From NCBI RefSeq assembly GCF_054482595.1, contig NZ_CM137008.1: a DNA stretch of 64,000 nucleotides. One strand, written 5' to 3'. The notes beneath the pieces were generated by a model. It saw only the letters and a program-made list of their open reading frames with translations. It did no database searches and had not been told where the DNA came from. Below are positions 31,830 through 43,520 of the stretch, piece by piece; the stretch's first letter is position 1, and each line of letters opens with the position of its first letter. Both the position numbers and the translations under genes were made by a program.

Positions 31830-33860
31830 TCACTGTTGCCCAGCCCAGATGACCAGCACTTTATCGTCGCCATGCTCACGAACAAAGCCGTAGCCCTGCT
31901 TCAGCGAAAGTGTCGTTTGTTTGCCCGCGCCAATTGCGGGATGACGGGCGCGGAACTGGCTGATTTTCTGCCAGTGCGCGACGCTGGTGGCAGATTTACC
32001 GCTAACATCCTGCCAGTTCATATCCGAACGCGTACCTTGCAGCGGATCAGAACCGGTAGGACCGAACGGACGCGAGGATTCATCACCATAAAAGATTTGT
32101 ACCGCGCCTGGCGCTAATAATAATAACTCTGCTGCTTTGTCGCCCCCTTCACGGAACAGGCGGGTATCATGCGACGAGAGGTAGCTCAACACGTTGAAAC
32201 CCTGCAATTTCTCCGCCATTTGCTGCCAGGTCGTATCCATCTGCGCCAGACAATCGACTGCTTTCGCCGCCTGCTCCTGATAATCGAAATTGATCATCGC
32301 ATCGAAGCCGTGGCGATAGTAGTCACTTTGCATCACGCCGTGGCCCCAGGCTTCACCGGTCATCCAGAAAGGTTTGTCATCTAATGCTTTGTCGGGGTTA
32401 GCTTTTTTCCATTCGCGAAGCGCGGCGCTGGCTTCGGTTTTCAGTTGCTGCCAGGCGGGCAACTCAACATGTTTGGCGGTATCGACTCGAAAACCATCAA
32501 TCCCATAGTCGCGGACCCACTGACTTAACCAGTGGGTTAAGTAATCGCGAGGGGTAAAGCCGTCGATGACTTTAGCGTGGGTATCCGTTTTGTTTTTATA
32601 GAACACCGGCAGACCAGAAGCGGTCGTTGATTCGGTTTTGATATCCGGCAAAAAGGCCAGCGACATAGTGAGATCGTCAAATCCAGGATTGTCGTAATCG
32701 CCGATATCCGTTCTGATCCAGTTTTTTCCCCACCATTTATCCCAGCCTGTTTTGTCGCTGAAATTAATGTAATCGTTAAAGCTATGCCAGGTTTGCCCGG
32801 CGGCAGGTTTCCAGTCACTCCAGCGTTCACCCAGCGTTTTTTTCAGCTCGTCACCAGAAAGATATAACGCGCCAAACTGATACTCCTGCATATCCGCCAG
32901 CGTGGCATAGCCGGTGTGGTTCATCACGACATCAAAGAGAATACGAATACCGCGCTGATGCGCGCTATCAACCAGCGTCCGTAGATCGGCTTCGTTGCCC
33001 ATATTGGCATCAAGATTCGTCCAGTCCTGTGTGTAATAACCGTGGTAGGCATAATGCGGGAAATCACCTTTTGTACCGCCGCCGACCCAGCCGTGAATTT
33101 GCTCAAATGGGGCGCTTATCCACAAAGCATTGACGCCCAGCTGCTGGAGATAATCCAGTTTGTTGGTCAGGCCGCGTAAATCGCCGCCGTGAAAAGTACC
33201 TATTTCCGCCATACCGTCTTTATGACGTCCGTAACTCTGGTCATTACTGGGATCGCCGTTTTCGAAACGATCTGTCAGCACAAAGTAAACCGTGGCGTTA
33301 TGCCAGTCGAAAGGGGCAGGGGCGTCAGTTTCTGCCCGTTCCAGCAGGAGTAAACCGTTGCTGGTGGCAGCGGGTTGTAACGTTATTTGACCGTTCTTCA
33401 CTATCGCAATTTGCTGGCTGTAATAATCCCGTACGGCGGCTCCTTCCGGAAAAGTGGCGCTGACATCCAGCGTGAGCGGTAATCCATCCCATTTCGGGCA
33501 TACACGGACCTGGCTTGCTACCGGTTCGGCGGCGTTCTGGATGGAAATCATCAATGTTGGCGTGCCGGAGCGGGTGTCTATTTGCAGCGTATATTCGCCG
33601 TCCCTGAACAATCGCCATTGAGGCGGCGTGTTGCTACAAGGTTGCAGGGAAAGCATCTGATTGAGTTTTATCGCATCCGCAGGCTGCCAGCACTGTTGGT
33701 CAAAATTTAGCGTTAGTGGACGCGTACCTTTGGGCAACTGCGCGTGGCTGACAAATGTTCCCGTTCCCTGTTCACTAAAGGCAGGGAACCCCGGAGAAGT
33801 CCAGCTGGCGGCAACGGCGAAGCCAGGAAGGAGTGTCAGAAAACAGGCGGCGAGTTTCAT
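31830..33860 (-). CDS. malS: periplasmic alpha-amylase
   Basis: The ORF is 676 aa with signal peptide MKLAACFLTLLPGFAVA and GH13 motifs DVVMNH, GFRVDTAKH and EAWGH. Confidence 0.95.
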   Translation of the reverse strand: MKLAACFLTLLPGFAVAASWTSPGFPAFSEQGTGTFVSHAQLPKGTRPLTLNFDQQCWQPADAIKLNQMLSLQPCSNTPPQWRLFRDGEYTLQIDTRSGTPTLMISIQNAAEPVASQVRVCPKWDGLPLTLDVSATFPEGAAVRDYYSQQIAIVKNGQITLQPAATSNGLLLLERAETDAPAPFDWHNATVYFVLTDRFENGDPSNDQSYGRHKDGMAEIGTFHGGDLRGLTNKLDYLQQLGVNALWISAPFEQIHGWVGGGTKGDFPHYAYHGYYTQDWTNLDANMGNEADLRTLVDSAHQRGIRILFDVVMNHTGYATLADMQEYQFGALYLSGDELKKTLGERWSDWKPAAGQTWHSFNDYINFSDKTGWDKWWGKNWIRTDIGDYDNPGFDDLTMSLAFLPDIKTESTTASGLPVFYKNKTDTHAKVIDGFTPRDYLTHWLSQWVRDYGIDGFRVDTAKHVELPAWQQLKTEASAALREWKKANPDKALDDKPFWMTGEAWGHGVMQSDYYRHGFDAMINFDYQEQAAKAVDCLAQMDTTWQQMAEKLQGFNVLSYLSSHDTRLFREGGDKAAELLLLAPGAVQIFYGDESSRPFGPTGSDPLQGTRSDMNWQDVSGKSATSVAHWQKISQFRARHPAIGAGKQTTLSLKQGYGFVREHGDDKVLVIWAGQQ

Positions 33861-34179
33861 GGCGGATGAGTCCTTATTGCTGCGATTTCAGACAGTTTGC
33901 CAGCGATAAGCCATACAAAACTCATCCCTGAGCGGTAAGTCCACAGGATGAGAAGCAAGGGTGAGCGATCTCGCGCAAAAAACGGCTGAATTTTGCGATA
34001 AACCCCACATTTTCTGCGATTTAGCGCCAATCTGAATCGTTAACACGTGACATAGTTTCAGATTTGGACTATTCCTTGGGGTGCTCTTGACAGCTATTTT
34101 TGATATGATTTGAGATTCAACTCTCAAATTTGTGAAAAATATAAGGTGTTGGAATGATTAAATCCGACCAGGAGACCTG

Positions 34180-35004
34180 ATGATTTTGACTCCCATACGA
34201 CGATATGGGGCGATGATTCTTATGTTACTCACTCTGGTGTTTTCGAGTGAGGTGTTAGCGAAGACGCACACAACAACAGCGAGTCAAAAGTCCCACTTAA
34301 CTAAAGCTAGTAATAAACAGGTAAGCAGTAAACAAGAGTATTCTCGCAATAGTGCAAAGAGTAGTTCACTTCCTGATTTGCGAAAATACCCTTCCGGAAC
34401 ACCAAGGAAAAAGGCGTTTCTCCGGACCGTAATGCCTTACATTACCAGCCAAAATGCAGCCATTACTGCAGAACGTAACTGGCTGATTTCAAAACAGTAT
34501 CAGGGCCAATGGTCACCTGCTGAGCGTGCGCGTCTGAAAGACATCGCCAAACGCTACAAGGTGAAGTGGTCTGGTAATACGCGAAAAATCCCGTGGAATA
34601 CCTTGCTTGAACGCGTAGACATTATCCCTACCAGTATGGTGGCGACGATGGCTGCAGCAGAAAGCGGTTGGGGAACGTCGAAGCTGGCGCGCAACAACAA
34701 CAATCTTTTCGGCATGAAATGCATGAAAGGACGTTGTACCAATGCGCCGGGTAAAGTGAAAGGGTACTCACAGTTTAGTTCTGTCAAAGAATCGGTGAGC
34801 GCCTATGTCACTAACCTCAATACGCATCCGGCTTACTCTTCGTTCCGTAAATCGCGTGCGCAGCTGCGTAAAGCTGATCAGGAAGTGACTGCCACAGCGA
34901 TGATTCACAAGCTGAAGGGCTACTCGACCAAAGGGAAGAGTTATAACAACTACCTGTTCGCAATGTACCAGGATAACCAACGGTTAATCGCGGCGCATAT
35001 GTAA
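34180..35004 (+). CDS. bax: Bax protein (glucosaminidase-domain family)
   Basis: The ORF is 274 aa and contains ...AAAESGWGTSKLARNNNNLFGMKC.... Length and context match K-12 bax. Confidence 0.88.
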   Translation: MILTPIRRYGAMILMLLTLVFSSEVLAKTHTTTASQKSHLTKASNKQVSSKQEYSRNSAKSSSLPDLRKYPSGTPRKKAFLRTVMPYITSQNAAITAERNWLISKQYQGQWSPAERARLKDIAKRYKVKWSGNTRKIPWNTLLERVDIIPTSMVATMAAAESGWGTSKLARNNNNLFGMKCMKGRCTNAPGKVKGYSQFSSVKESVSAYVTNLNTHPAYSSFRKSRAQLRKADQEVTATAMIHKLKGYSTKGKSYNNYLFAMYQDNQRLIAAHM

Positions 35005-35009
35005 TTGTA

Positions 35010-35105
35010 TTTCCTCGAGCCTTATCCGACTTGTCGGTCGGATAAGGCTTTTGATCGCATCAGGTGGTTGTGCTGAGTTACCTGATGCGACGCCGACAAT
35101 TCTCA
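35010..35105. repeat. hairpin and REP-like sequence between bax and xylR
   Basis: gccttatccgacttgtcggtcggataaggc is a perfect palindrome. gcatcaggtggttgtgctgagttacctgatgcgacgc is REP-like. Confidence 0.65.
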
Positions 35106-35111
35106 TCATCG

Positions 35112-36290
35112 CTACAACATGACCTCGCTATTTACATCGCGATACTCTTTTGGCGTCGTGTCATATGCTTTTTTAAAAACAGAGTAGAAATATTGCAGCG
35201 ATGGATAACCGCACATTTGCGATATCTCATTGATCGACAAGGTGGTTGAAATCAGCAGACTGCGCGCTTTCTCCAGCTTCTCGGCATGAATCATGGCATG
35301 GATGGTTTCACCCACCTCTTCTTTAAAACGCTTCTCAAGATTGGAGCGCGAGATCCCGACCGCATCGAGTACCTGATCCACTTTAATCCCTTTACAGGCG
35401 TGATTACGAATGTAATGCATGGCCTGAATAACGGCGGGATCGGTCAGCGAACGGTAATCTGTTGAGCGCCGTTCAATGACGCGAACTGGAGGGACCAAAA
35501 TCCGCTGTAGCGGCATTTCTTCTTTATCTAATAATCGATGCAACAGTTTTGCCGCCTGATAGCCCATTTGCCGCGCGCCCTGAGCGACCGAAGAAAGGGC
35601 GACACGCGACAGATAGCGGGTCAGTTCTTCGTTATCGATGCCAATCACGCATAATTTTTCCGGTACGGGAATGTGTAGATGTTCACATACTTGCAGAATA
35701 TGCCGCGCCCGGGCGTCAGTAACGGCAATAATCCCGGTTTGCGGTGGCAGCGTTTGTAGCCAGTCTGCCAGCCGATTTTGCGCGTGTTGCCAGTTCTCTG
35801 GTGCGGTTTCTAACCCCTGATAAACCACTCCGCGATACTTTTCTTCGGCGACAAGCTGACGAAATGCATATTCGCGTTCAGTGGCCCAACGTTTGCCGCT
35901 TGATTCCGGAAGACCATAAAAAGCAAAGCGGTTAACGCCTTTCTCTTTTAAATGCAAAAATGCGCTTTCAACCAGCGCATAGTTATCGGTGGCAATGTAA
36001 TGAACGGGTGGGTAACTTTCTGCAAGGTGATACGAGCCGCCAACCCCAACAATGGGGACGTCGACATCAGCCAGCGCTTGCTCGATTTGTTTGTCGTCGA
36101 AGTCGGCAATGACGCCATCTCCTAACCAGTCCTTGATTTTATCAATGCGGGCGCGGAAATCTTCTTCAATGAAAATATCCCATTCCGATTGTGACGCCTG
36201 TAAATATTCCCCTACGCCTTCTACTACCTGCCGGTCATAGGCTTTATTGGCATTGAACAGTAATGTGATGCGGTGACGTTTAGTAAACAT
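35112..36290 (-). CDS. xylR: xylose-responsive AraC-family activator
   Basis: The ORF is 392 aa with a periplasmic-binding-protein-like N-domain and a C-terminal AraC HTH (...INEISQMCGYPSLQYFYSVFKKAYDTTPKEYR). Confidence 0.95.
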   Translation of the reverse strand: MFTKRHRITLLFNANKAYDRQVVEGVGEYLQASQSEWDIFIEEDFRARIDKIKDWLGDGVIADFDDKQIEQALADVDVPIVGVGGSYHLAESYPPVHYIATDNYALVESAFLHLKEKGVNRFAFYGLPESSGKRWATEREYAFRQLVAEEKYRGVVYQGLETAPENWQHAQNRLADWLQTLPPQTGIIAVTDARARHILQVCEHLHIPVPEKLCVIGIDNEELTRYLSRVALSSVAQGARQMGYQAAKLLHRLLDKEEMPLQRILVPPVRVIERRSTDYRSLTDPAVIQAMHYIRNHACKGIKVDQVLDAVGISRSNLEKRFKEEVGETIHAMIHAEKLEKARSLLISTTLSINEISQMCGYPSLQYFYSVFKKAYDTTPKEYRDVNSEVML

Positions 36291-36317
36291 GGTTCTTTTC
36301 CTGCTGAATCATGCAAA

Positions 36318-36350
36318 AACTCAAAACCGGTAATACGTTACCGGCTTTGA
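36318..36350 (-). terminator. intrinsic terminator after xylH
   Basis: The reverse strand reads aagccggtaacgtattaccggttttgagttttt, a GC stem followed by a U-run. Confidence 0.6.
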
Positions 36351-36367
36351 GAAAATTTTTATCAAAA

Positions 36368-37549
36368 TCAAGAACGGCGTTTGGTTGCGGAGTCCATCCA
36401 TACTGCCAGCAACAGAATCGCACCTTTAACGATATACTGCCAGAAGGTCGGTACATCCATCATACTCATACCGTTATCCAGTGAAGCCATGATGAATGCC
36501 CCCATTACCGCTCCAGCCACGCTCCCGACGCCGCCTGCCAGACTGGTGCCGCCAATCACGCATGCTGCAATTGCGTCCAGCTCGGCGATATTCCCCGCAG
36601 AAGGTGAACCAGCGCCAAGTCGAGAACTGAGGATTAATCCGGCGATGGCTACCATTAATCCGTTAATAGCGAACACGGCAAGTTTGGTGCGTTCAACGTT
36701 AATCCCGGAGAGACGTGCTGCTTCCAGATTGCCGCCGATGGCATAAATGCGTCGTCCAAATGCTGTCCGCGTTGCCATAAACATTCCGCCGAGTAACAGC
36801 AACGTCAGCAGCAGAACAGGAGTGGGAACGCCACGATAATCATTCAACAGCCAGATTGCGCCTAATACGATGATAGCGGTTAAAGCCTGGCGACCGACTA
36901 CTGCGGTAGAGGCCGGAGACTGCAAACCCAAAGCCTGACGGCGCATTCTTCCGCGCCATTGCCAACCAACAAAAGCCATTAAGCCAAGCGCGCCAATGAT
37001 GAAGCCGGTGCTGGCGGGGAGATAGCTTTGCCCAATTTGTGACATCGCGGCGCTGGTGGGGGATACTGTCGTGCCGTTGGTGATGCCAATGAGTATGCCG
37101 CGAAATGCCAACATGCCCGCGAGGGTGACAATAAATGAAGGAACTTTACGATACGCGACCCACCATCCGTTCCAGGCACCGAGAAGCAGTCCCAGAACCA
37201 GCGTCACAATGATGGTAAGTGGTAAAGGCCAGCCTAGCCAGACGTCACAAATCGCCGCGACGCCACCTAATAGCCCCATCATTGAGCCGACGGAAAGGTC
37301 GATTTCAGCAGAAATTATGACGAACACCATTCCTACCGCGAGGATGCCGGTAATCGCGGTCTGGCGTAACAGGTTGGAGACGTTACGGGCGCTTAAGTAG
37401 GCACCATCGGTGGTCCAGGTAAAGAACAGCATGATTGCGATGATAGCTGCAATCATCACGAAGACCTGCAAATTCAGTGATTTCAGCCCGGAGAAGCCAC
37501 CGGATGTCGGTACGGCCAATTTCACTTCAGACGGATTGCTTTTCGACAT
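36368..37549 (-). CDS. xylH: xylose ABC transporter permease
   Basis: The ORF is 393 aa and polytopic. It overlaps the xylG 3' end by 23 nt. Confidence 0.95.
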
Positions 37550-39068
37550 GATGTTCGCTCCTCAATGCGGCTTCCATCACCTGCTCCTGAGTCAGGTTAT
37601 GATTTATCAGGTTGGCTTTTAGTTTCCCTTCATGCATCACTAGTACACGATCGCTAAGGCCGAGCACTTCAGGTAATTCAGAAGAGATGACAATAACGGC
37701 AATACCCTGCTGGACGAGTTGGTTAATTAATTTGTAGATCTCGTATTTCGCGCCAATATCGATACCCCTGGTGGGTTCATCAAGAATGAGAATGCGCGGG
37801 TTAAGTAACAGACAGCGAGCGAGGATCGCTTTTTGCTGATTGCCGCCGCTCAAACGTCCAATAGCAAGGTCGGGGGACGACGTTTTAACTTTGAGTTGCT
37901 GGATTGATTCCAGAATACATTTTTGCTCTGCCGCGTCATCAAGCTGGCTAATGCCACCGGTAAATTTATTGAGTGCGGCGAGGGTAATATTTTTACCAAC
38001 CGCCATTACCGGAACGATGCCGTCGCGCTTTCTGTCTTCGGGGACCATCGCAATCCCCTGGGCGATGGCTTGCTGACAGTTACGAATATCTACCTGTTTG
38101 CCATCAATATAAATTTTTCCTTCCCATTGTCCGGGCCACACACCAAACAGGCACTGAATGGTCTCGGTACGTCCGGCACCAACGAGTCCGGCAATACCCA
38201 GTATTTCGCCACGTTTCAGGGAAAACGAGACATCATTAACTCGTTTAATATGACGATTAACCGGATGCCATGCCGTCAGATGTTCAATACGTAATATTTC
38301 ATCTCCGGTGGTATGTGGTTCATTAGGGTAAAGCGCGGTTAACTCTCGCCCGACCATCATGGTGATAATATCGTCTTCACTCATTCCGGCAGCATCACGC
38401 GTACCAATGTGCTGTCCGTCGCGAATAACGCAAATCGTATCGGAAATCGCTTTGACTTCGTTGAGTTTGTGCGAAATATAAATACAGGCGATACCGTGCT
38501 GTTGTAGATCGCGAATAATATCCAGTAAAACCGACGTTTCCTGCTCAGTTAATGAGGCTGTCGGTTCATCGAGAATTAACAAGCGCACCTGTTTATTAAG
38601 TGCCTTGGCAATTTCAACCAGTTGTTGTTGCCCAAGCCCTAAATCGCCAACGCGGGTATCAGGTGAAATGGATAAACTGACCTGTGCGAGCAGCTTCTGA
38701 CAGCGTAGCGTCATCAGGTCATAATCCATAATGCCATTGTGGGTTATTTCGTTACCCAGGAAGATATTTTCCAGCACGGTCAATTCTTTCACCAGGGCCA
38801 ATTCCTGGTGAATGATGGCGATACCTTTGCGTTCGGTATCGCGGATGTGACTCGCCTGAATCTCTTCTCCCGCAAAAATAATTTCGCCTTCGTAGGAGCC
38901 ATGGGGATAAATACCACACAGCACTTTCATCAGCGTTGATTTACCAGACCCATTTTCCCCACAGAGTGAGACGATTTCGCCAGCATTCAACCGCAAGCTG
39001 ACGTTATCAATCGCCTTCACACTGCCGAAGGTTTTGGTAATGTTCTTCATTTCAAGTAGATAAGGCAT
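37527..39068 (-). CDS. xylG: xylose ABC transporter ATP-binding protein (duplicated ABC domains)
   Basis: The ORF is 513 aa with Walker [10 protein letters not shown], signature LSGGNQQK and two LILDEPT Walker B motifs. Confidence 0.95.
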
Positions 39069-39145
39069 AACGACTCCACCTAAGCCAATTCATTCACGCG
39101 GCATGGAGAGAAATCACGCCCCCGCTCCGCGCTGGGGCGTAACGC

Positions 39146-40138
39146 TTACAACTCGCTCTCTTTGTGGAATCCGTCTTTAATTACCGTATCTTTGATGTTG
39201 TTTTTATTCACATCTATCGGTGTCAGGAGGCGGGAGGGGACATCTTTCAAGCCATTATTCAGTGAGGTATCTGCTTTTGGCTCCTGACCATTGCCCAACT
39301 CAACGGCAATTTCTGCGGCAGTATTTGCCAGCAATGTAATAGGTTTATATACCGTCATAGTTTGCGTACCGGCAGCAATACGTTTAATACCTGCGAGATC
39401 CGCATCCTGGCCGGAAATTGCTACTTTCCCTGATAAACCTTGCGCGCTTAATGCCTGAATTGCCCCACCTGCGGTGGCATCGTTTGAGGCAACTACAGCA
39501 TCAATTTTGTTATTATTGGCGGTTAGCGCGTTTTCCATAATTTTCAATGCGTTTTCCGGTAACCAGCCATCAACCCATTGGTCACCAACGACTTTAATTT
39601 TTCCGGAATCAACGTAAGGTTTTAACACTTTCATTTGTCCGGCGCGGAACAGCTTGGCGTTGTTATCTACCGGCGAGCCGCCCATCAGGAAGTAATTACC
39701 TTGTGGAACAATATCGACCAGGGCTTTTGCCTGCAGTTCACCGACTTTTTCGTTATCGAAAGAAATATAAAAATCGATATCCGCATCGTTAATCATACGG
39801 TCGTAAGCTAATACTTTAATGCCTTCTTGTTTGGCTTCTTTTACAACGTTACTTAATACCTGACCGTTATACGGAATAATGACAAGAACATCGACACCCC
39901 GGTTTATCATGTTTTCAATCTGCGACATTTGTGTTTCTTCATTGCCATTTGCAGACTGTACAAATACTTTCGCGCCGAGAGATTCTGCCTTTTTCACAAA
40001 GATATCTCGATCTTTTTGCCAGCGTTCAAGACGGAGATCATCAATCGCCATACCTATTTTGACTTCTTTGGCGTGTGCAGCAACGTTGGTAAGCAGGAGT
40101 GAGGTGCAAAGGGTGAGTAGAATGTTCTTTATTTTCAT
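39146..40138 (-). CDS. xylF: periplasmic D-xylose-binding protein
   Basis: MKIKNILLTLCTSLLLTNVAAHA/KEVKIGMAIDDL... gives 330 aa from the ATG at 40136-40138. The track ORF is over-extended by 26 codons. Confidence 0.95.
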   Translation of the reverse strand: MKIKNILLTLCTSLLLTNVAAHAKEVKIGMAIDDLRLERWQKDRDIFVKKAESLGAKVFVQSANGNEETQMSQIENMINRGVDVLVIIPYNGQVLSNVVKEAKQEGIKVLAYDRMINDADIDFYISFDNEKVGELQAKALVDIVPQGNYFLMGGSPVDNNAKLFRAGQMKVLKPYVDSGKIKVVGDQWVDGWLPENALKIMENALTANNNKIDAVVASNDATAGGAIQALSAQGLSGKVAISGQDADLAGIKRIAAGTQTMTVYKPITLLANTAAEIAVELGNGQEPKADTSLNNGLKDVPSRLLTPIDVNKNNIKDTVIKDGFHKESEL

Positions 40139-40216
40139 GGTGTAGGGCCTTCTGTAGTTAGAGGACAGCTTTAATAAGTAACAATCACCGCGATAAACGT
40201 AACCAATTTTTAGCAA

Positions 40217-40503
40217 CTAAACAGGGGAAAACAATTACAGATTTTTATCTTTCGATTACGATTTTTGGTTTATTTCTTGATTTATGACCGAGATCTTACT
40301 TTTGTTGCGCAATTGTACTTATTGCATTTTTCTCTTCGAGGAATTACCCAGTTTCATCATTCCATTTTATTTTGCGAGCGAGCGCACACTTGTGAATTAT
40401 CTCAATAGCAGTGTGAAATAACATAATTGAGCAACTGAAAGGGAGTGCCCAATATTACGACATCATCCATCACCCGCGGCATTACCTGATTATGGAGTTC
40501 AAT
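40217..40503. promoter_or_regulatory. divergent xylA / xylF control region (CRP site plus XylR-binding region)
   Basis: A CRP-like site TGTGAattatcTCAAT lies at 40391-40406, in an AT-rich region between the divergent operons. XylR operators are known to flank it but I cannot place them precisely. Confidence 0.6.
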
Positions 40504-41826
40504 ATGCAAGCCTATTTTGACCAGCTCGATCGCGTTCGTTATGAAGGCTCAAAATCCTCAAACCCGTTAGCATTCCGTCACTACAATCCCGACGAACTGG
40601 TGTTGGGCAAGCGTATGGAAGAGCACTTGCGATTTGCCGCCTGCTACTGGCACACCTTCTGCTGGAACGGGGCGGATATGTTTGGTGTGGGGGCGTTTAA
40701 TCGTCCGTGGCAGCAGCCTGGTGAGGCACTGGCGTTGGCGAAGCGTAAAGCAGATGTCGCATTTGAGTTTTTCCACAAGTTACATGTGCCATTTTATTGC
40801 TTCCACGATGTGGATGTTTCTCCTGAGGGCGCGTCGTTAAAAGAGTACATCAATAATTTTGCGCAAATGGTTGATGTTCTGGCAGGCAAGCAAGAAGAGA
40901 GCGGCGTGAAGCTGCTGTGGGGAACCGCTAACTGCTTTACAAACCCTCGCTATGGCGCGGGTGCGGCGACGAACCCAGATCCAGAAGTCTTCAGCTGGGC
41001 GGCAACGCAAGTTGTTACAGCGATGGAAGCAACCCATAAATTGGGTGGTGAAAACTATGTCCTGTGGGGCGGTCGTGAAGGTTACGAAACGCTGTTAAAT
41101 ACCGATTTGCGTCAGGAGCGTGAACAACTGGGCCGCTTTATGCAAATGGTGGTTGAGCATAAACATAAAATCGGCTTCCAGGGCACGTTGCTTATCGAAC
41201 CGAAACCGCAAGAACCGACTAAACATCAATATGATTACGATGCTGCGACAGTCTATGGCTTCCTGAAACAGTTTGGTCTGGAAAAAGAGATTAAACTGAA
41301 CATTGAAGCTAACCACGCGACGCTGGCAGGTCACTCTTTCCATCATGAAATTGCCACCGCCATTGCGCTTGGCCTGTTTGGTTCTGTCGACGCCAACCGT
41401 GGCGATGCTCAACTGGGCTGGGACACCGATCAGTTCCCGAACAGTGTGGAAGAGAATGCGCTGGTAATGTATGAAATTCTCAAAGCAGGCGGTTTCACCA
41501 CCGGCGGTCTGAACTTCGATGCCAAAGTACGTCGTCAAAGTACTGATAAATATGATCTGTTTTACGGTCATATCGGCGCGATGGATACGATGGCACTGGC
41601 GCTGAAAATTGCAGCGCGCATGATTGAAGATGGCGAGCTGGATAAACGCATCGCGCAGCGTTATTCCGGCTGGAATAGCGAATTAGGCCAGCAAATCCTG
41701 AAAGGCCAAATGTCACTGGCAGATTTAGCCAAATATGCTCAGGAACATAATTTGTCTCCGGTGCATCAGAGTGGTCGCCAGGAGCAACTGGAAAATCTGG
41801 TAAATCATTATCTGTTCGACAAATAA
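40504..41826 (+). CDS. xylA: xylose isomerase
   Basis: [31 protein letters not shown]... gives 440 aa from the ATG at 40504. Confidence 0.96.
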
Positions 41827-41847
41827 CGGCTAACTGTGCAGTCCGTT

Positions 41848-41884
41848 GGCCCGGTTATCGGTAGCGATACCGGGCATTTTTTTA
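41848..41884 (+). terminator. hairpin plus T-run between xylA and xylB (possible partial terminator or stabiliser)
   Basis: gcccggttatcggtagcgataccgggc is followed by attttttt. Confidence 0.45.
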
Positions 41885-41897
41885 AGGAACGATCGAT

Positions 41898-43352
41898 ATG
41901 TATATCGGGATAGATCTTGGCACCTCGGGCGTAAAAGTTATTTTGCTTAACGAGCAGGGTGAGGTGGTTGCTTCGCAAACGGAAAAGCTGACCGTTTCGC
42001 GCCCGCATCCACTCTGGTCGGAACAAGACCCGGAACAGTGGTGGCAGGCAACTGATCGCGCAATGAAAGCTCTGGGCGATCAGCATTCTCTGCAGGACGT
42101 TAAAGCATTGGGTATTGCCGGCCAGATGCACGGAGCAACCTTACTGGATGCTCAACAACGGGTATTGCGCCCTGCCATTTTGTGGAACGACGGGCGCTGT
42201 GCGCAAGAGTGCACTTTGCTGGAAGCGAGAGTTCCGCAATCACGAGTGATTACCGGCAACCTGATGATGCCCGGATTTACTGCGCCTAAATTGCTATGGG
42301 TTCAGCGGCATGAGCCGGAGATATTCCGTCAAATCGACAAAGTATTATTACCGAAAGATTACTTGCGTCTGCGTATGACGGGGGAGTTTGCCAGCGATAT
42401 GTCTGACGCAGCTGGCACCATGTGGCTGGATGTCGCAAAGCGTGACTGGAGTGACGTCATGCTGCAGGCTTGCGACTTATCTCGTGACCAGATGCCCGCA
42501 TTATACGAAGGCAGCGAAATTACTGGTGCTTTGTTACCTGAAGTTGCGAAAGCGTGGGGTATGGCGACGGTGCCAGTTGTCGCAGGCGGTGGCGACAATG
42601 CAGCTGGTGCAGTTGGTGTGGGAATGGTTGATGCTAATCAGGCAATGTTATCGCTGGGGACGTCGGGGGTCTATTTTGCTGTCAGCGAAGGGTTCTTAAG
42701 CAAGCCAGAAAGCGCCGTACACAGCTTTTGCCATGCGCTACCGCAGCGTTGGCATTTAATGTCTGTAATGCTGAGTGCAGCGTCGTGTCTGGATTGGGCC
42801 GCGAAATTAACCGGCCTGAGCAATGTCCCAGCTTTAATCGCTGCAGCTCAACAGGCTGATGAAAGTGCCGAGCCAGTTTGGTTTCTGCCTTATCTTTCCG
42901 GCGAGCGTACACCACACAATAATCCCCAGGCGAAAGGGGTTTTCTTTGGTTTGACTCATCAACATGGCCCCAATGAACTGGCGCGAGCAGTGCTGGAAGG
43001 CGTGGGTTATGCGCTGGCAGATGGCATGGATGTCGTGCATGCCTGCGGCATTAAACCGCAAAGTGTTACGTTGATTGGTGGCGGGGCGCGTAGTGAGTAC
43101 TGGCGTCAGATGCTGGCGGATATCAGCGGTCAGCAGCTCGATTACCGTACGGGGGGGGATGTGGGGCCAGCACTGGGCGCAGCAAGGCTGGCGCAGATTG
43201 CGGCGAATCCAGAGAAATCGCTCATTGAGTTGTTGCCGCAGCTACCGTTAGAACAGTCGCATCTACCAGATGCGCAGCGTTATGCCGCTTATCAGCCACG
43301 ACGTGAAACATTCCGTCGCCTCTATCAGCAACTTCTGCCATTAATGGCGTAA
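41898..43352 (+). CDS. xylB: xylulokinase
   Basis: The 484-aa ORF opens MYIGIDLGTSGVKVILLNEQGEVVASQ (FGGY kinase N-terminal motif). Confidence 0.96.
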   Translation: MYIGIDLGTSGVKVILLNEQGEVVASQTEKLTVSRPHPLWSEQDPEQWWQATDRAMKALGDQHSLQDVKALGIAGQMHGATLLDAQQRVLRPAILWNDGRCAQECTLLEARVPQSRVITGNLMMPGFTAPKLLWVQRHEPEIFRQIDKVLLPKDYLRLRMTGEFASDMSDAAGTMWLDVAKRDWSDVMLQACDLSRDQMPALYEGSEITGALLPEVAKAWGMATVPVVAGGGDNAAGAVGVGMVDANQAMLSLGTSGVYFAVSEGFLSKPESAVHSFCHALPQRWHLMSVMLSAASCLDWAAKLTGLSNVPALIAAAQQADESAEPVWFLPYLSGERTPHNNPQAKGVFFGLTHQHGPNELARAVLEGVGYALADGMDVVHACGIKPQSVTLIGGGARSEYWRQMLADISGQQLDYRTGGDVGPALGAARLAQIAANPEKSLIELLPQLPLEQSHLPDAQRYAAYQPRRETFRRLYQQLLPLMA

Positions 43353-43520
43353 ACGTTATCCCCTGCCTGACCGGGTGGGGGATAATTCACATCTATATAT
43401 CTCAGCAATTAATTAATATTTAGTATGAATTTATTCTGAAAATCATTTGTTAATGGCATTTTTCAGTTTTGTCTTTCGTTGGTTACTCGTAATGTATCGC
43501 TGGTAGATATGGAGATCGTT

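Noticed and set aside
33861-34179. GGATGA motifs (about 33866 and 33945) upstream of malS as MalT boxes.
   Set aside because: They are plausible, since malS is MalT-dependent. However, the hexamer is too short for me to place boxes, orientation and spacing reliably without a matrix scan, so no feature is annotated.
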